A stretch of DNA of 64,000 nt from a virus. The translations under genes and the position numbers were made by a program. The DNA is taken from the IMG/VR virus record IMGVR_UViG_3300049460_000371, positions 1 to 64,000 of that record. One strand, written 5' to 3'. The notes under the pieces were generated by a model, which saw nothing but the letters and a program-made list of their open reading frames with translations, made no database searches and had not been told where the DNA came from. Of the stretch, positions 1-9,289 are shown piece by piece. The number at the start of each line of letters is the position of its first letter. Within the stretch, counting starts at the first letter, position 1.

Positions 1-216
1 ATGACCACTGAATACACACTATGGGGCACCGACTCTGGTTGGAACGGCGACTGGAGTACGAAAATTACTGCAACGGACGACGACGATGCTCGCAAGCAAG
101 GCATGGCCTATTGCGAAAAATATCAGACGTCTGCCCGTCTTACGGTCTTTGCCAAACAAAACCGTGAAGTAGCGCATTACATCTGTGCGGCCGGTCGCGT
201 AACCCAATATTGGTAG
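1..216 (+). CDS. hypothetical protein (may extend beyond the window edge)
   Basis: ORF track; phage-like codon use. Confidence 0.6.
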   Translation: MTTEYTLWGTDSGWNGDWSTKITATDDDDARKQGMAYCEKYQTSARLTVFAKQNREVAHYICAAGRVTQYW

Positions 217-227
217 ATGAATTTTTC

Positions 228-256
228 TTGACGTTCTATTCATTTGAAACTACAAT
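228..256 (+). promoter_or_regulatory. sigma70-like early promoter with TTCATTTGAA spacer box
   Basis: TTGACG-17nt-TACAAT; box at 239-248. Confidence 0.75.
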
Positions 257-282
257 GTGGTATCTAATGAACGGAGGCAGAT

Positions 283-669
283 ATGAAAGAAGCTACCAAG
301 ACCCGTGCAGCAAATGGTTGGACTAAGGAGCACATCCAGCACCTGATCCAAACCAATGATCGTGCTGTAGAACGTGCGCTAATTCAGATCTACAACCGTC
401 AAACTGCCGACGAGCAACGTTCGTCTACCACCAACCGCGAAAACAGCGTGGGCTTCACAGCTTTCGACGCCGAGTTCCTGACCAGCGTCGCGCAACAGTG
501 CATTGCGCGTAATGGCCTGACGCAAGGTCAGATTCATCGCATCCGCCCGAAAATGATGAAATACTGGCGTCAACTGCTGGAAATCGCCAGTGCATGCCAG
601 ACCGGCCCATCGTTCGTCAAGCCTGCGGTGCCAGCAAAAAAGTCCGGCCAGATGTCCCTGATCAACTAA
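283..669 (+). CDS. hypothetical phage protein
   Basis: GGAGG RBS; promoter upstream. Confidence 0.8.
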   Translation: MKEATKTRAANGWTKEHIQHLIQTNDRAVERALIQIYNRQTADEQRSSTTNRENSVGFTAFDAEFLTSVAQQCIARNGLTQGQIHRIRPKMMKYWRQLLEIASACQTGPSFVKPAVPAKKSGQMSLIN

Positions 670-678
670 ACCTGTTCG

Positions 679-963
679 ATGACACAACAGATAATAGTGC
701 CATGGCATTTATGCCAACAAGTGCCAAATGACGGCACACTACAGGACAAATTCCTTAACACTATCGACCAAAATGGCCTCGTGGCTGCTGATAAAATCGC
801 AGACCTGCACGATGATATTCGGAACGGCTTGACTGAACTCGAAGTTGAATATACGATTGTGGTTCGTTGGCCCGGCTCTGTAGTGATCGAAGTTGATCCA
901 GCATTCCTGGTACCAATCCAGTTACGCTGGCCGGGCCATGGCCTAATTTTCAGATCTGTTTGA
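679..963 (+). CDS. hypothetical protein
   Basis: ORF in co-directional gene run. Confidence 0.6.
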   Translation: MTQQIIVPWHLCQQVPNDGTLQDKFLNTIDQNGLVAADKIADLHDDIRNGLTELEVEYTIVVRWPGSVVIEVDPAFLVPIQLRWPGHGLIFRSV

Positions 964-1009
964 CCCCACACATATATGAATGTATCATGGTGTTTTCAGG
1001 AGGAACATC

Positions 1010-1327
1010 ATGCCACAATTCCAATCCATCGATGAACTGTTCCGCGAAGAAGAAGCGGCTGGAATCGAACGCGCCCGACGCGAAATCGCCCTTGAAGCAC
1101 CCCTGGTTGCAGCTCGCCTGAAAGCAGAGGAAGAACGTCGTAAAACGATCCCAGTGTGGATTGTTTACGATAACGCTTACACGGGCCCTTACGCTAACGA
1201 CGACGCGGCAATCGCCTACCTGGACAGTCAGAAAATCCCCACACATGAAGCCCTCATCGTCGACTCCCTGGAAGCAGCCCAGGAATGCCTGAAAGGCGAC
1301 GAAACCGACGAGGATGAAGACGATTGA
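1010..1327 (+). CDS. hypothetical acidic protein
   Basis: AGGAGG RBS before ATG 1010; promoter-like TTGACC..TATCAT upstream. Confidence 0.75.
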   Translation: MPQFQSIDELFREEEAAGIERARREIALEAPLVAARLKAEEERRKTIPVWIVYDNAYTGPYANDDAAIAYLDSQKIPTHEALIVDSLEAAQECLKGDETDEDEDD

Positions 1328-1620
1328 TCTCAACAATTCGGTCAAACCTAGTTACCTTCACGAGACAATACTGCCAATCATATACACACGTCAATCGAGA
1401 CCTTGGTGACCTCTGTCGGTTGACTGACGACACTGAAAAAGATCTCGATGACATAGGCATCGATTGGCTTTACTGGGACTTCCGGGAAAATAATACAGTC
1501 ATCCGAGTCGATAACGATGATGACCTCTCAGTACTGATCCTCAAATACCCACTAATCCCCATCGCCAAGAACATCGAAATTAATGTCTGGCAAGTGCCAG
1601 TAGATATCTGGGCTGAATGA
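1324..1620 (+). CDS. hypothetical protein, divergent member of the DA.LFKL family
   Basis: DNDDDLSVLILKY; overlaps upstream stop. Confidence 0.55.
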   Translation: MISTIRSNLVTFTRQYCQSYTHVNRDLGDLCRLTDDTEKDLDDIGIDWLYWDFRENNTVIRVDNDDDLSVLILKYPLIPIAKNIEINVWQVPVDIWAE

Positions 1621-1637
1621 CGCACTGGTGACGATCC

Positions 1638-1910
1638 ATGACGAACACAGACATGCGTAAACCCTTTAAACTGTTCCTGGCACCCTGGATGATATACGAC
1701 GAGATCGCCATCGATCGCGATGGCGAAGAACTGAAACGCCTCCGGGTATATCCAGAAATTATTGATTGGATCAATGGCCTGGAAGAAGCATATATGATCG
1801 GCCCGAATAAACAACGTAACCTCCTGGTAGTGATCTTCCCGAAGATCAACAAATCACGCTTCCAGGCAATCAAGGCACTCTGGAAATTAACTCACCCATG
1901 CCCATCCTGA
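1638..1910 (+). CDS. DA.LFKL-family small protein
   Basis: IIDWI...AIKALWKLT. Confidence 0.6.
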   Translation: MTNTDMRKPFKLFLAPWMIYDEIAIDRDGEELKRLRVYPEIIDWINGLEEAYMIGPNKQRNLLVVIFPKINKSRFQAIKALWKLTHPCPS

Positions 1911-2464
1911 TCTTTGACGACAAACACACATATCCGGTCACGCAGGGTAATGAATATATGGGGTACTTTCGAGTACACATCATCAACCCGGTGGTGATGG
2001 CATGGCTTGAAGATCACAAGATAGGATGTGAGGTGATAAGCCAATTTTCACCACCAATGATCAAATTACATAACTGCGAACACCAACAACGAGTACAACG
2101 CAAATTCAAAACCACCCTATACAAAAACATGCTGACCACCATCAATCGCCCTCCTCATACCTACGATCAATTCACCAATAACCCCCTGAAACTGATCGCA
2201 CAAGCCTGGCTACCACTCAAAATCCTCCGCAACCTCTGGAACGCAACCACATACTCAGTCAACATCCCTGAGAAATTCCTCACACCAATCGCCCACCCAT
2301 ACATGAGCGCTGATCACATGGCCGCTATTCTGAACCCAGAACTCCAAACCTGGTTGACCAAATACCTCCCCGTGATCAAAATCTGGTACGACCGCAATAC
2401 CGTACGAATCCAATTCAAATACGAAGACGATGCAGCTCTCTTCAAACTCACTTGGTCTGTCTGA
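1898..2464 (+). CDS. DA.LFKL-family protein, possibly two tandem domains
   Basis: LQTWL...FKYEDDAALFKLTW. Confidence 0.75.
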   Translation: MPILIFDDKHTYPVTQGNEYMGYFRVHIINPVVMAWLEDHKIGCEVISQFSPPMIKLHNCEHQQRVQRKFKTTLYKNMLTTINRPPHTYDQFTNNPLKLIAQAWLPLKILRNLWNATTYSVNIPEKFLTPIAHPYMSADHMAAILNPELQTWLTKYLPVIKIWYDRNTVRIQFKYEDDAALFKLTWSV

Positions 2465-2706
2465 TGATCTTCTACCACACATACTACCGAATCAGCATCA
2501 CTAAGATTCATAGAAAAGTCGAAGACTACTACAGCTATAAACTCTACCCCGAACCAGATATCGAGGAATGGCTAACCAAGAACAAACATAAACTGGCATT
2601 CATAAACAACCTCCACCTACATACCGATCCACACGAACCCACCATCAAACTCGACTTCTACAACGAAGCTTATGCAGCTCTCTTCAAACTATCCTTCGAT
2701 ATATGA
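2464..2706 (+). CDS. DA.LFKL-family small protein
   Basis: IEEWL...FYNEAYAALFKLSF; TGATG coupling. Confidence 0.75.
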   Translation: MIFYHTYYRISITKIHRKVEDYYSYKLYPEPDIEEWLTKNKHKLAFINNLHLHTDPHEPTIKLDFYNEAYAALFKLSFDI

Positions 2707-2993
2707 TACACCTTATCCTCCTACAGGAAACTCACATAACTCGATACAACCTCCTGTACTGGATTACAGACAATCAAATAGAAGCCCATATCTACACCCC
2801 AGTACCCGGCTTCTCAACCCAAGTACACCTCATCCTCTTCCACGATACAGACCTGGTACTCTTCAGACTCACCTTCAGCGATACACCATACGGCCTATAC
2901 CATCACCCACATTACATACATGATACCAACCGTAGAAGACTATGGCTTAATACCACGACTACCACGAACCTAATCAAGTACCATCACCAATGA
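2703..2993 (+). CDS. DA.LFKL-family small protein
   Basis: FHDTDLVLFRLTF; ATGA overlap. Confidence 0.65.
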   Translation: MIHLILLQETHITRYNLLYWITDNQIEAHIYTPVPGFSTQVHLILFHDTDLVLFRLTFSDTPYGLYHHPHYIHDTNRRRLWLNTTTTTNLIKYHHQ

Positions 2994-3000
2994 TTGATAC

Positions 3001-3135
3001 CTTCACGAAGAAGGAAAGGATCATGAAATCATATTCTTGACGAAATATGTCAAAACCATCATGTTCGATGTCGTAAACTCCAGGTAGGTATTTCAAAACT
3101 TGATCGATTTCTGCTTGATTTCGTCAAGAATCATA
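3001..3135. repeat. non-coding element A, inverted copy of element B at 49619-49715
   Basis: 27-bp core 3067-3093 is the exact reverse complement of 49619-49645; internal 14-bp IR 3033-3046/3118-3131. Confidence 0.9.
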
Positions 3136-3160
3136 CTGGCATGTTTCTGCCCTTGTGTTC

Positions 3161-3167
3161 ATAAATA
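3161..3167 (+). promoter_or_regulatory. T4-like late promoter ATAAATA
   Basis: TAAATA recurs upstream of virion-type genes on both strands. Confidence 0.65.
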
Positions 3168-3216
3168 AACAACAACGTTTAACACCAGACTTGATTGGTG
3201 ACACATAGGAAGAAAT

Positions 3217-5007
3217 ATGACCCACGATATTCGTAAATTCATGAACTTGATGGAGAACGCCAAGGGTTCCCTGATGGAACTAGACTTGACTCCAAAAGAC
3301 GAGCCAAAGGTCGCCGTAAGTACACTTGGCCGTGACGAGCATGGCCGTGCCACGCATCCTGGTATTACCATGGAACCCACAAAGGGTAAGGTTACCGCGA
3401 AGCTTACCAGCTACAATAGTCAGTCCTACACGAAGCTGGCCCAGAAGGTACTTCGTATCAAAGAATTGTCCGCCGAAGTTAAGACTTTGGAAGAGGAAGT
3501 AAAACAAGAAACTCGCGAAGACATCGCTGACCTGTTCGGTGCCGCTGACATCGTTTACACCCGCGTGGTCGAGACTGTCAGCTTTGTTATGACGCTGAGT
3601 AAAAACCCAGAGCCAACCAAATCAGTCAAGTATGCGGAAGTACTGAAGGAACTGGAAGAACACTTGACGCCGGACTTGATCTCCAAATTGGAATTGATCA
3701 AGAAGAAGTTCTCCTCGATTTCAAACCGTTCACCATCCTTGTCGATTGCTGCTAAGGAAAGTGTGATGGAAGGCATGTGGGCCAAGTTCCGTGATTTCTT
3801 CCACCGCTTGTTGGAATCCATTATGGCTTGGGGTCAAAGCTACGACGAAAGCCTGAATCGTCTGCAATTGACCGCATCCGAGGCTGGTCTGATGACTGAA
3901 TCGGAAGGTGGTGGTGAAGATGTATATCCAGATGGCGAAGGTGGCGGTGACGACGTCATGGAAGATGAAGGTGAAGAAAGTGACAGTGATGAAGGCGATG
4001 ACTCCGGCGAAGAACAGTTGGACGAGATTTCGGATAACTTGGCTGATCGTGCCTATACAGCCCGTCTTGACAAATACAAGTCGGTGAAAGGTGTGGCTGA
4101 TAAAACTGCCGCTACTGCTGATTTCCATAAGCAAGCCGCTACTCATGGTGGTTTGGGTGTTGACAAAGCACAGTCAGCTAAAAGCTATGCAGTCGCCAAA
4201 GACGAAGCTGATCACTTCGCACAAGGTCAACGCAATGCTGCTGATAAGCTGAACAAGAATGCTCAGTTGAATCAAGGTCGTCAGTTCAACAAAATGGCAA
4301 AAATGGATCAGCACAACACTCCATATAGTCAGGATGCTCACGACGCTGATGAATACAACGCAGCCAAGGCAAAATCCGAAAAATATCGTGATCATGCTCC
4401 AGTTCGTGAAGACGAAGAAGAGGTAACGGAAACGGTTGACTACACCCGTATTGATCGTATCGAGAAGCAAGTTGAATTCATGGTTCGTTCGGGTCGTTCA
4501 CGTCAATACATCATCGCCAACATTGGCGAAAAGATGGGCCCTGAAGAAGCAGACTACGCGGGTGATTACTTCGACGAATACCACAAAGATCATGTGGGTT
4601 CGGATGCAACCATGGAATCGGCAGCACCAAAAAAAAGTAATGTGAAAAGTCTGTATGGCCACCAATACATCAAGGAAGACGAAGATGCAGGTGGCGATGC
4701 CGACGAAAAGGGCGATGATGCTGAATCGGAAGAAGTATCCGAGGATGATGTTGAAACTCCGGAAGGCGAAATGATGGCTGAGTTTCAGGCCAGTATGAAA
4801 GAGCCAATGGCTTATCAAACTGGTGCTACTGTTTACTGCGGCGGTCGTGAAGGTAAGATTGTTGGTACAGTTCCGGGTAAACCAGATACTTGGTTGGTAG
4901 AGCTGCCAAATGGTCAGCATGATGCTTTCCCTAAAGGCACAACATCAAGCGACAAGCCCTCTTTCTTCAAGAAAGCATTTCACTCGATTGTAGGCGAAAG
5001 CAAATAA
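3217..5007 (+). CDS. acidic putative internal head protein
   Basis: late promoter; N-terminus MTHDIRKFMNLME; many hydrophobic-X-Glu sites in acidic linkers. Confidence 0.6.
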   Translation: MTHDIRKFMNLMENAKGSLMELDLTPKDEPKVAVSTLGRDEHGRATHPGITMEPTKGKVTAKLTSYNSQSYTKLAQKVLRIKELSAEVKTLEEEVKQETREDIADLFGAADIVYTRVVETVSFVMTLSKNPEPTKSVKYAEVLKELEEHLTPDLISKLELIKKKFSSISNRSPSLSIAAKESVMEGMWAKFRDFFHRLLESIMAWGQSYDESLNRLQLTASEAGLMTESEGGGEDVYPDGEGGGDDVMEDEGEESDSDEGDDSGEEQLDEISDNLADRAYTARLDKYKSVKGVADKTAATADFHKQAATHGGLGVDKAQSAKSYAVAKDEADHFAQGQRNAADKLNKNAQLNQGRQFNKMAKMDQHNTPYSQDAHDADEYNAAKAKSEKYRDHAPVREDEEEVTETVDYTRIDRIEKQVEFMVRSGRSRQYIIANIGEKMGPEEADYAGDYFDEYHKDHVGSDATMESAAPKKSNVKSLYGHQYIKEDEDAGGDADEKGDDAESEEVSEDDVETPEGEMMAEFQASMKEPMAYQTGATVYCGGREGKIVGTVPGKPDTWLVELPNGQHDAFPKGTTSSDKPSFFKKAFHSIVGESK

Positions 5008-5010
5008 TCC

Positions 5011-5037
5011 AAAAGCCCGGAACTTCCGGGCTTTTTT
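5011..5037 (+). terminator. intrinsic terminator (AAAAGCCCGG family)
   Basis: AAAAGCCCGGAACTTCCGGGCTTTTTT. Confidence 0.85.
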
Positions 5038-5085
5038 ACGACACTTGAAACTAAATAACAGCATATAATTCATAGTGAGAATTCC

Positions 5086-5781
5086 ATGCGTTTTTCAGAA
5101 ATTTATAACTTGACCCAGCTCGATGAAACTGAATTGAGTGAGAAACAAACGGTACCGGAATATGGTACCGAATCTTATGGTACCTGGGAGATCAAGTACC
5201 GCAATGTCAAAAAGAATGGTAAGTTTGATGCTATGGGTATGCACAAACGCAATCCAAACATCCCTCGTGCAGCCTCTGATACAGTTGAAGATGCCATCGC
5301 TGATGTGAAAAAGCAAATCGACCGTTACATTGCCAATGATGACCAAGTGTTGAAATATAGCAAAGGTCAAATCAACCTCAATGCCGAGTTCACTCGTGAG
5401 TGTCTGGAACATGGCCCAACTGGTATTCGATTGTCTCGAGTCGGCGATGAAAGCATTTTGACTCTGTGCAGTCCTGAATATGCGGAGCTGGGCCCTGAAG
5501 TGTATGGCTCAGGCGAAGGTCAATTCACCAAACTGTTCCAGCGTAAACCAGGCACTGGCGATGAAGCTGGTGGCGCCGCCACTTTGTACTTGGCTGGTAT
5601 TACCACCAACAAGATTCGCCAATTGGGTCTTCAACCGAACGGACGTTACTCGTTGCAATATGTGGGCAAGGATCCGGAATACGGTCACCTGGTCTACAAA
5701 TTGATCTTCGACAGCATTACTGCCGGCCCAACCGATAAACAGCGCCTGCACACGCCTGGCTTGACGTTGGCGGTGTCATGA
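5086..5781 (+). CDS. late protein, putative virion-internal
   Basis: TAAATA at 5052-5057; N-terminus MRFSEI..LDE. Confidence 0.7.
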   Translation: MRFSEIYNLTQLDETELSEKQTVPEYGTESYGTWEIKYRNVKKNGKFDAMGMHKRNPNIPRAASDTVEDAIADVKKQIDRYIANDDQVLKYSKGQINLNAEFTRECLEHGPTGIRLSRVGDESILTLCSPEYAELGPEVYGSGEGQFTKLFQRKPGTGDEAGGAATLYLAGITTNKIRQLGLQPNGRYSLQYVGKDPEYGHLVYKLIFDSITAGPTDKQRLHTPGLTLAVS

Positions 5782-6050
5782 GATTTAGAGAATTTGCCCA
5801 CTACCGAGTAATAGTCGAGCTCGATGAAGATCGCTACGTTGGTGTCAATTATAATTTGAGTGGTCCCTGGCCTTCGCGTAGTATGAATGATAAGAACAGT
5901 TACTTGTTAGATGATCCGGAGATCTTGAATATTCAAGTCTACGATATCGATACAGGCGCTGAGATTACATCTACAATCACACCACATGAGCGGTCAATGA
6001 TTAAGGACTCAATTGCCACGGATCTAAATAAAGAAACTCGTGGCTATTGA
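5778..6050 (+). CDS. late protein with MRFREF N-terminus
   Basis: ATGA overlap with upstream gene. Confidence 0.7.
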   Translation: MRFREFAHYRVIVELDEDRYVGVNYNLSGPWPSRSMNDKNSYLLDDPEILNIQVYDIDTGAEITSTITPHERSMIKDSIATDLNKETRGY

Positions 6051-6061
6051 GTTCCTAAATA

Positions 6062-6220
6062 AAGACATGAAGTAGAGAAGATTTTGACCTTAGGACCTTG
6101 TTATCGTTAAGATGGCAAACAGGCGTCAAAAATGGCTGTCGCAGCCAGTTGGGGTGATTCGCTACCATTCCAGCAAACAGTGAACCGAGGGGAGCATCTT
6201 GCAGTGCTCCCCTCACCTTT
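6062..6220 (+). ncRNA. candidate structured non-coding RNA
   Basis: TAAATA 6056-6061, three stems, possible pseudoknot, terminator hairpin 6187-6214, no long ORF. Confidence 0.55.
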
Positions 6221-6272
6221 TGGAATTTCACTTTCCCTTTGCAAACTTACCAGTTGCCAGTAAAATGGCACT

Positions 6273-6560
6273 ATGATAAGTCATCGCGTCAAATCCTTCC
6301 TGTATGGAATTTTCGGGTCTCGTCTGCCACGAGTCGACGTGCCTGCTCATCAGTTGCATTACTATACAAAATTCATTCATAACGATATTGATCCGTATAT
6401 CATGAAGCCACTTGAATGGTTTAATAACCCCGAGTTAGTTCAATGGTTACGGGGAATTCCGCATCATATTGCTATGGATGACTATGACCGAGCCCAACCC
6501 AAATTCACGATAATTTTTCATCGTGATGCCGATGCTGTTATGTATCGTTTGAGGTACTAA
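6273..6560 (+). CDS. DA.LFKL-family small protein
   Basis: LVQWL...FHRDADAVMYRLRY. Confidence 0.75.
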   Translation: MISHRVKSFLYGIFGSRLPRVDVPAHQLHYYTKFIHNDIDPYIMKPLEWFNNPELVQWLRGIPHHIAMDDYDRAQPKFTIIFHRDADAVMYRLRY

Positions 6561-6898
6561 TGAAAAAGTTTATGTTTGGTAAGCTCGCCAATAAACTACG
6601 TCTCGGTACTGTGATTGACTATCCAGCGGCGTGCCGGGAACTTTGCCGCGATGTGACCATTCATGAACAGGATTATGACAAGGGTGTGAACATATTCATG
6701 GCCAAGTTTCGTGAAACTTCAATGTGGAACTGGCTGCAACAATGCGATGGTTATGCGTTGACTATGCAAGCAACCATGGATTACGGCGCACTCAATATTA
6801 TGGATTGGTATCAACCAATATACCTGAATATCAACATCGGAGAGATCCGATTTCGTAACGCCGTTGATGCGGCGACATTCAAACTGTCCTTCCCATGA
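6560..6898 (+). CDS. DA.LFKL-family small protein
   Basis: WNWL...FRNAVDAATFKLSF. Confidence 0.75.
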   Translation: MKKFMFGKLANKLRLGTVIDYPAACRELCRDVTIHEQDYDKGVNIFMAKFRETSMWNWLQQCDGYALTMQATMDYGALNIMDWYQPIYLNINIGEIRFRNAVDAATFKLSFP

Positions 6899-7320
6899 TG
6901 CCCAGCCTACTTGACCGATTTAATGAGATGATAATCGCTATCATTGACAGTTTGTTTGGTATGGGAGTGTTCATCATTCATGTAATGCGAACATTTTGGA
7001 CTTGGTCTATTCGTGGTGGCTTCCCTCAAACCCGCAACGATCTGACGACTGTGGTTCATACTGGATCTCCTCTGCTGCAAGGCAGACAAGTCCAAGTTCA
7101 TATGTATGAGACCTACAGCATGGACTCGTATCCGATTTTCACTGTTAGTGAGAAGTATTTGACACTGGAGTTTAAGGAGTGGCTCAAGGCCTCAGGAGCT
7201 TATAAAATTTCAGTCTTTGAACCATTTCACTCGTCTATCCATAGTCGTTACATCGTGATCTACTTTAGCAGCGAAGCACAAATGGCACTATACAAACTAA
7301 CTTGGGGTTGTGATGCTTGA
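6895..7320 (+). CDS. DA.LFKL-family protein with hydrophobic N-terminal segment
   Basis: FKEWL...FSSEAQMALYKLTWG. Confidence 0.75.
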   Translation: MMPSLLDRFNEMIIAIIDSLFGMGVFIIHVMRTFWTWSIRGGFPQTRNDLTTVVHTGSPLLQGRQVQVHMYETYSMDSYPIFTVSEKYLTLEFKEWLKASGAYKISVFEPFHSSIHSRYIVIYFSSEAQMALYKLTWGCDA

Positions 7321-7738
7321 ATTCATATTGACGGTAATACTGCATGTGCTGGATAAATCTGGGCTCGTGCCTGTGATTCAGTATTGCTATGAAGAGGTGC
7401 CCTCCTTTGTGTCTCATATCTGGAATTGGTATTTCTGTCGCAATCCATTGAAGTGGTTCGATGAGTCAACAGAAATCATGATTCGTAATCATACCAAATG
7501 GCCAGGAAGATCCTTATTCCATTTGATCAAATATATACCCAAGCACGAAGGGGATATGGTTCTTTCTACGTATGATACCAATTGGGTCATTAAGCCCAAT
7601 TTGAAAGAGTGGTTGGCGGGAAATGGGCCAAACCAGTTTAAGGCACTGATCAACTTGGAAACAGGCGACATTCATGTGCGGGTCAAGTTTGCATCTGCGG
7701 ATGATGCCGTTATGTGTCGCCTGTTGTGGTCAGCTTAA
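7310..7738 (+). CDS. DA.LFKL-family protein
   Basis: LKEWL...[15 protein letters not shown]. Confidence 0.75.
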   Translation: MMLEFILTVILHVLDKSGLVPVIQYCYEEVPSFVSHIWNWYFCRNPLKWFDESTEIMIRNHTKWPGRSLFHLIKYIPKHEGDMVLSTYDTNWVIKPNLKEWLAGNGPNQFKALINLETGDIHVRVKFASADDAVMCRLLWSA

Positions 7739-8061
7739 ACGCCGAATGAATTGCCGCAACCGCATGTGGTGGTTGCTTGTGGATTCTTGATGCTGAATTG
7801 ACTACCCATAAGGTCTTCCACATAGTCCACTACCGCGCCTTCCAGGTATTGGGCACTCATCGAATCGACCAAAAGTTCATGCGTGGTTTCACCCAGTTTA
7901 ATCTGAAAGTCGTCTTCATTAACCGCGTCGTCGAATGTGAAGCCGTAGCTAAAACCAGAACAGCCACCACCTTGAACAAAAATACGCAGACGTGTTCCTG
8001 CTGGCTCTGAAGCCAACAAGTCAATTACTTTTGTGGATGCTGCATCAGTTAGTGTTACCAT
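7735..8061 (-). CDS. erpA: A-type iron-sulfur cluster insertion protein, ErpA-like
   Basis: [40 protein letters not shown]. Confidence 0.92.
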   Translation of the reverse strand: MVTLTDAASTKVIDLLASEPAGTRLRIFVQGGGCSGFSYGFTFDDAVNEDDFQIKLGETTHELLVDSMSAQYLEGAVVDYVEDLMGSQFSIKNPQATTTCGCGNSFGV

Positions 8062-8105
8062 TTTGATCTCCTAAGTATGGGATCCTATTTAACGAGGTTT
8101 TGATA

Positions 8106-8423
8106 ATGATTACAATAACAGATTCAGCAATGCGTCATTTCTGCGAGATGATTTCTCGTAGCAAAGGCATGTGGCTGAAGCTCAGCGTGCGTCGTACTGG
8201 TTGCAGTGGGTACGCATATGCCCTGGAGCTAGTAAACGATTTGAGTGACGATCTCGTACCTCATGAGAGCAATGGCATTACGGTCCACATTCCAGAAAAA
8301 GACCAAGACATACTCCGTGGCCTTGAACTTGATTATCGTCGTGATGGGTTCTTTGATAATCTGGTCTTCAACAACCCCAATGCGAAATCGGAGTGCGGAT
8401 GCGGCGAATCATTCAGGCCATAA
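8106..8423 (+). CDS. iscA: A-type iron-sulfur cluster assembly protein, IscA/SufA-like
   Basis: VRRTGCSGYAY, FNNPNAKSECGCGESF. Confidence 0.88.
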   Translation: MITITDSAMRHFCEMISRSKGMWLKLSVRRTGCSGYAYALELVNDLSDDLVPHESNGITVHIPEKDQDILRGLELDYRRDGFFDNLVFNNPNAKSECGCGESFRP

Positions 8424-8770
8424 CTGACCTCAAACGGAAACTGTGGCGGATCATCTACGCCTACTATCCCGGCTTGACCCCATATAGCATCACACTTCAA
8501 CGCATTGACGGGTTGATGCATACTGGTAATACGCCTAGTGAACGTCATGGTCGTTTTACGAATGAGTATTTGACCGAGTCGCTCTACGCCGCCCCTGTGG
8601 GTAAATGGTTGGATGAGCGAACTCATGTTGTTGAGTTTGAGCTGATGACTACCGCACCATCAAGCAAATCTAGCAGAAGTGGTATCACCCGCGTGGCTCA
8701 CATTCGACTCAGTAGCGAGCTTGATATGGCCTTGTTCAAACTAACATTCGATTACGATGAGTACAAGTGA
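8393..8770 (+). CDS. DA.LFKL-family protein
   Basis: VGKWL...LSSELDMALFKLTF. Confidence 0.7.
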   Translation: MRMRRIIQAITDLKRKLWRIIYAYYPGLTPYSITLQRIDGLMHTGNTPSERHGRFTNEYLTESLYAAPVGKWLDERTHVVEFELMTTAPSSKSSRSGITRVAHIRLSSELDMALFKLTFDYDEYK

Positions 8771-9005
8771 TATAATATATGACAAACGTTTTCGTCGCGG
8801 AACGTTTGGTGGTCATAAAGTTGAAGTACCTGACGATAAGTTCAAACTGATGACCGAGCAACGTCATTGGGCCGTATGGGATCCAGACTTATTGCCTGGG
8901 GTTAAGGCATGGTTGTTGCAATATGGTCCATGGCGTAATAATGAGAAAACTTTCTATTTCGCGCGGGCGAGTACGGCCGCTTTATTCAAACTTCAATACT
9001 GCTAA
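8757..9005 (+). CDS. DA.LFKL-family small protein
   Basis: VKAWL...FARASTAALFKLQY. Confidence 0.75.
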   Translation: MSTSDIIYDKRFRRGTFGGHKVEVPDDKFKLMTEQRHWAVWDPDLLPGVKAWLLQYGPWRNNEKTFYFARASTAALFKLQYC

Positions 9006-9289
9006 TGGCTACAACGTTTAAATTATTGGTCGAACGGCATAGACGACTCTTTAACGAGTTACATGCGAGATTTGGCTACATGTCAATTATTATGACGTGG
9101 GGCGATAAGTTGATTGTGTTACGTCCTGATATTGCCGCGAGATTGATTGGTGACTACGACATCATGATTGACAACCAGGACAATAGCATACGTGGCAATG
9201 ATGTGATAAAGGTGTCCTTCACGGAAGAAGCAGATGCGATAATGTTCCGCATCTGCTATCTGGTTGATGGGCCATACGAAGTAGCTTAG
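9005..9289 (+). CDS. DA.LFKL-family small protein
   Basis: FTEEADAIMFRICY. Confidence 0.7.
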   Translation: MATTFKLLVERHRRLFNELHARFGYMSIIMTWGDKLIVLRPDIAARLIGDYDIMIDNQDNSIRGNDVIKVSFTEEADAIMFRICYLVDGPYEVA

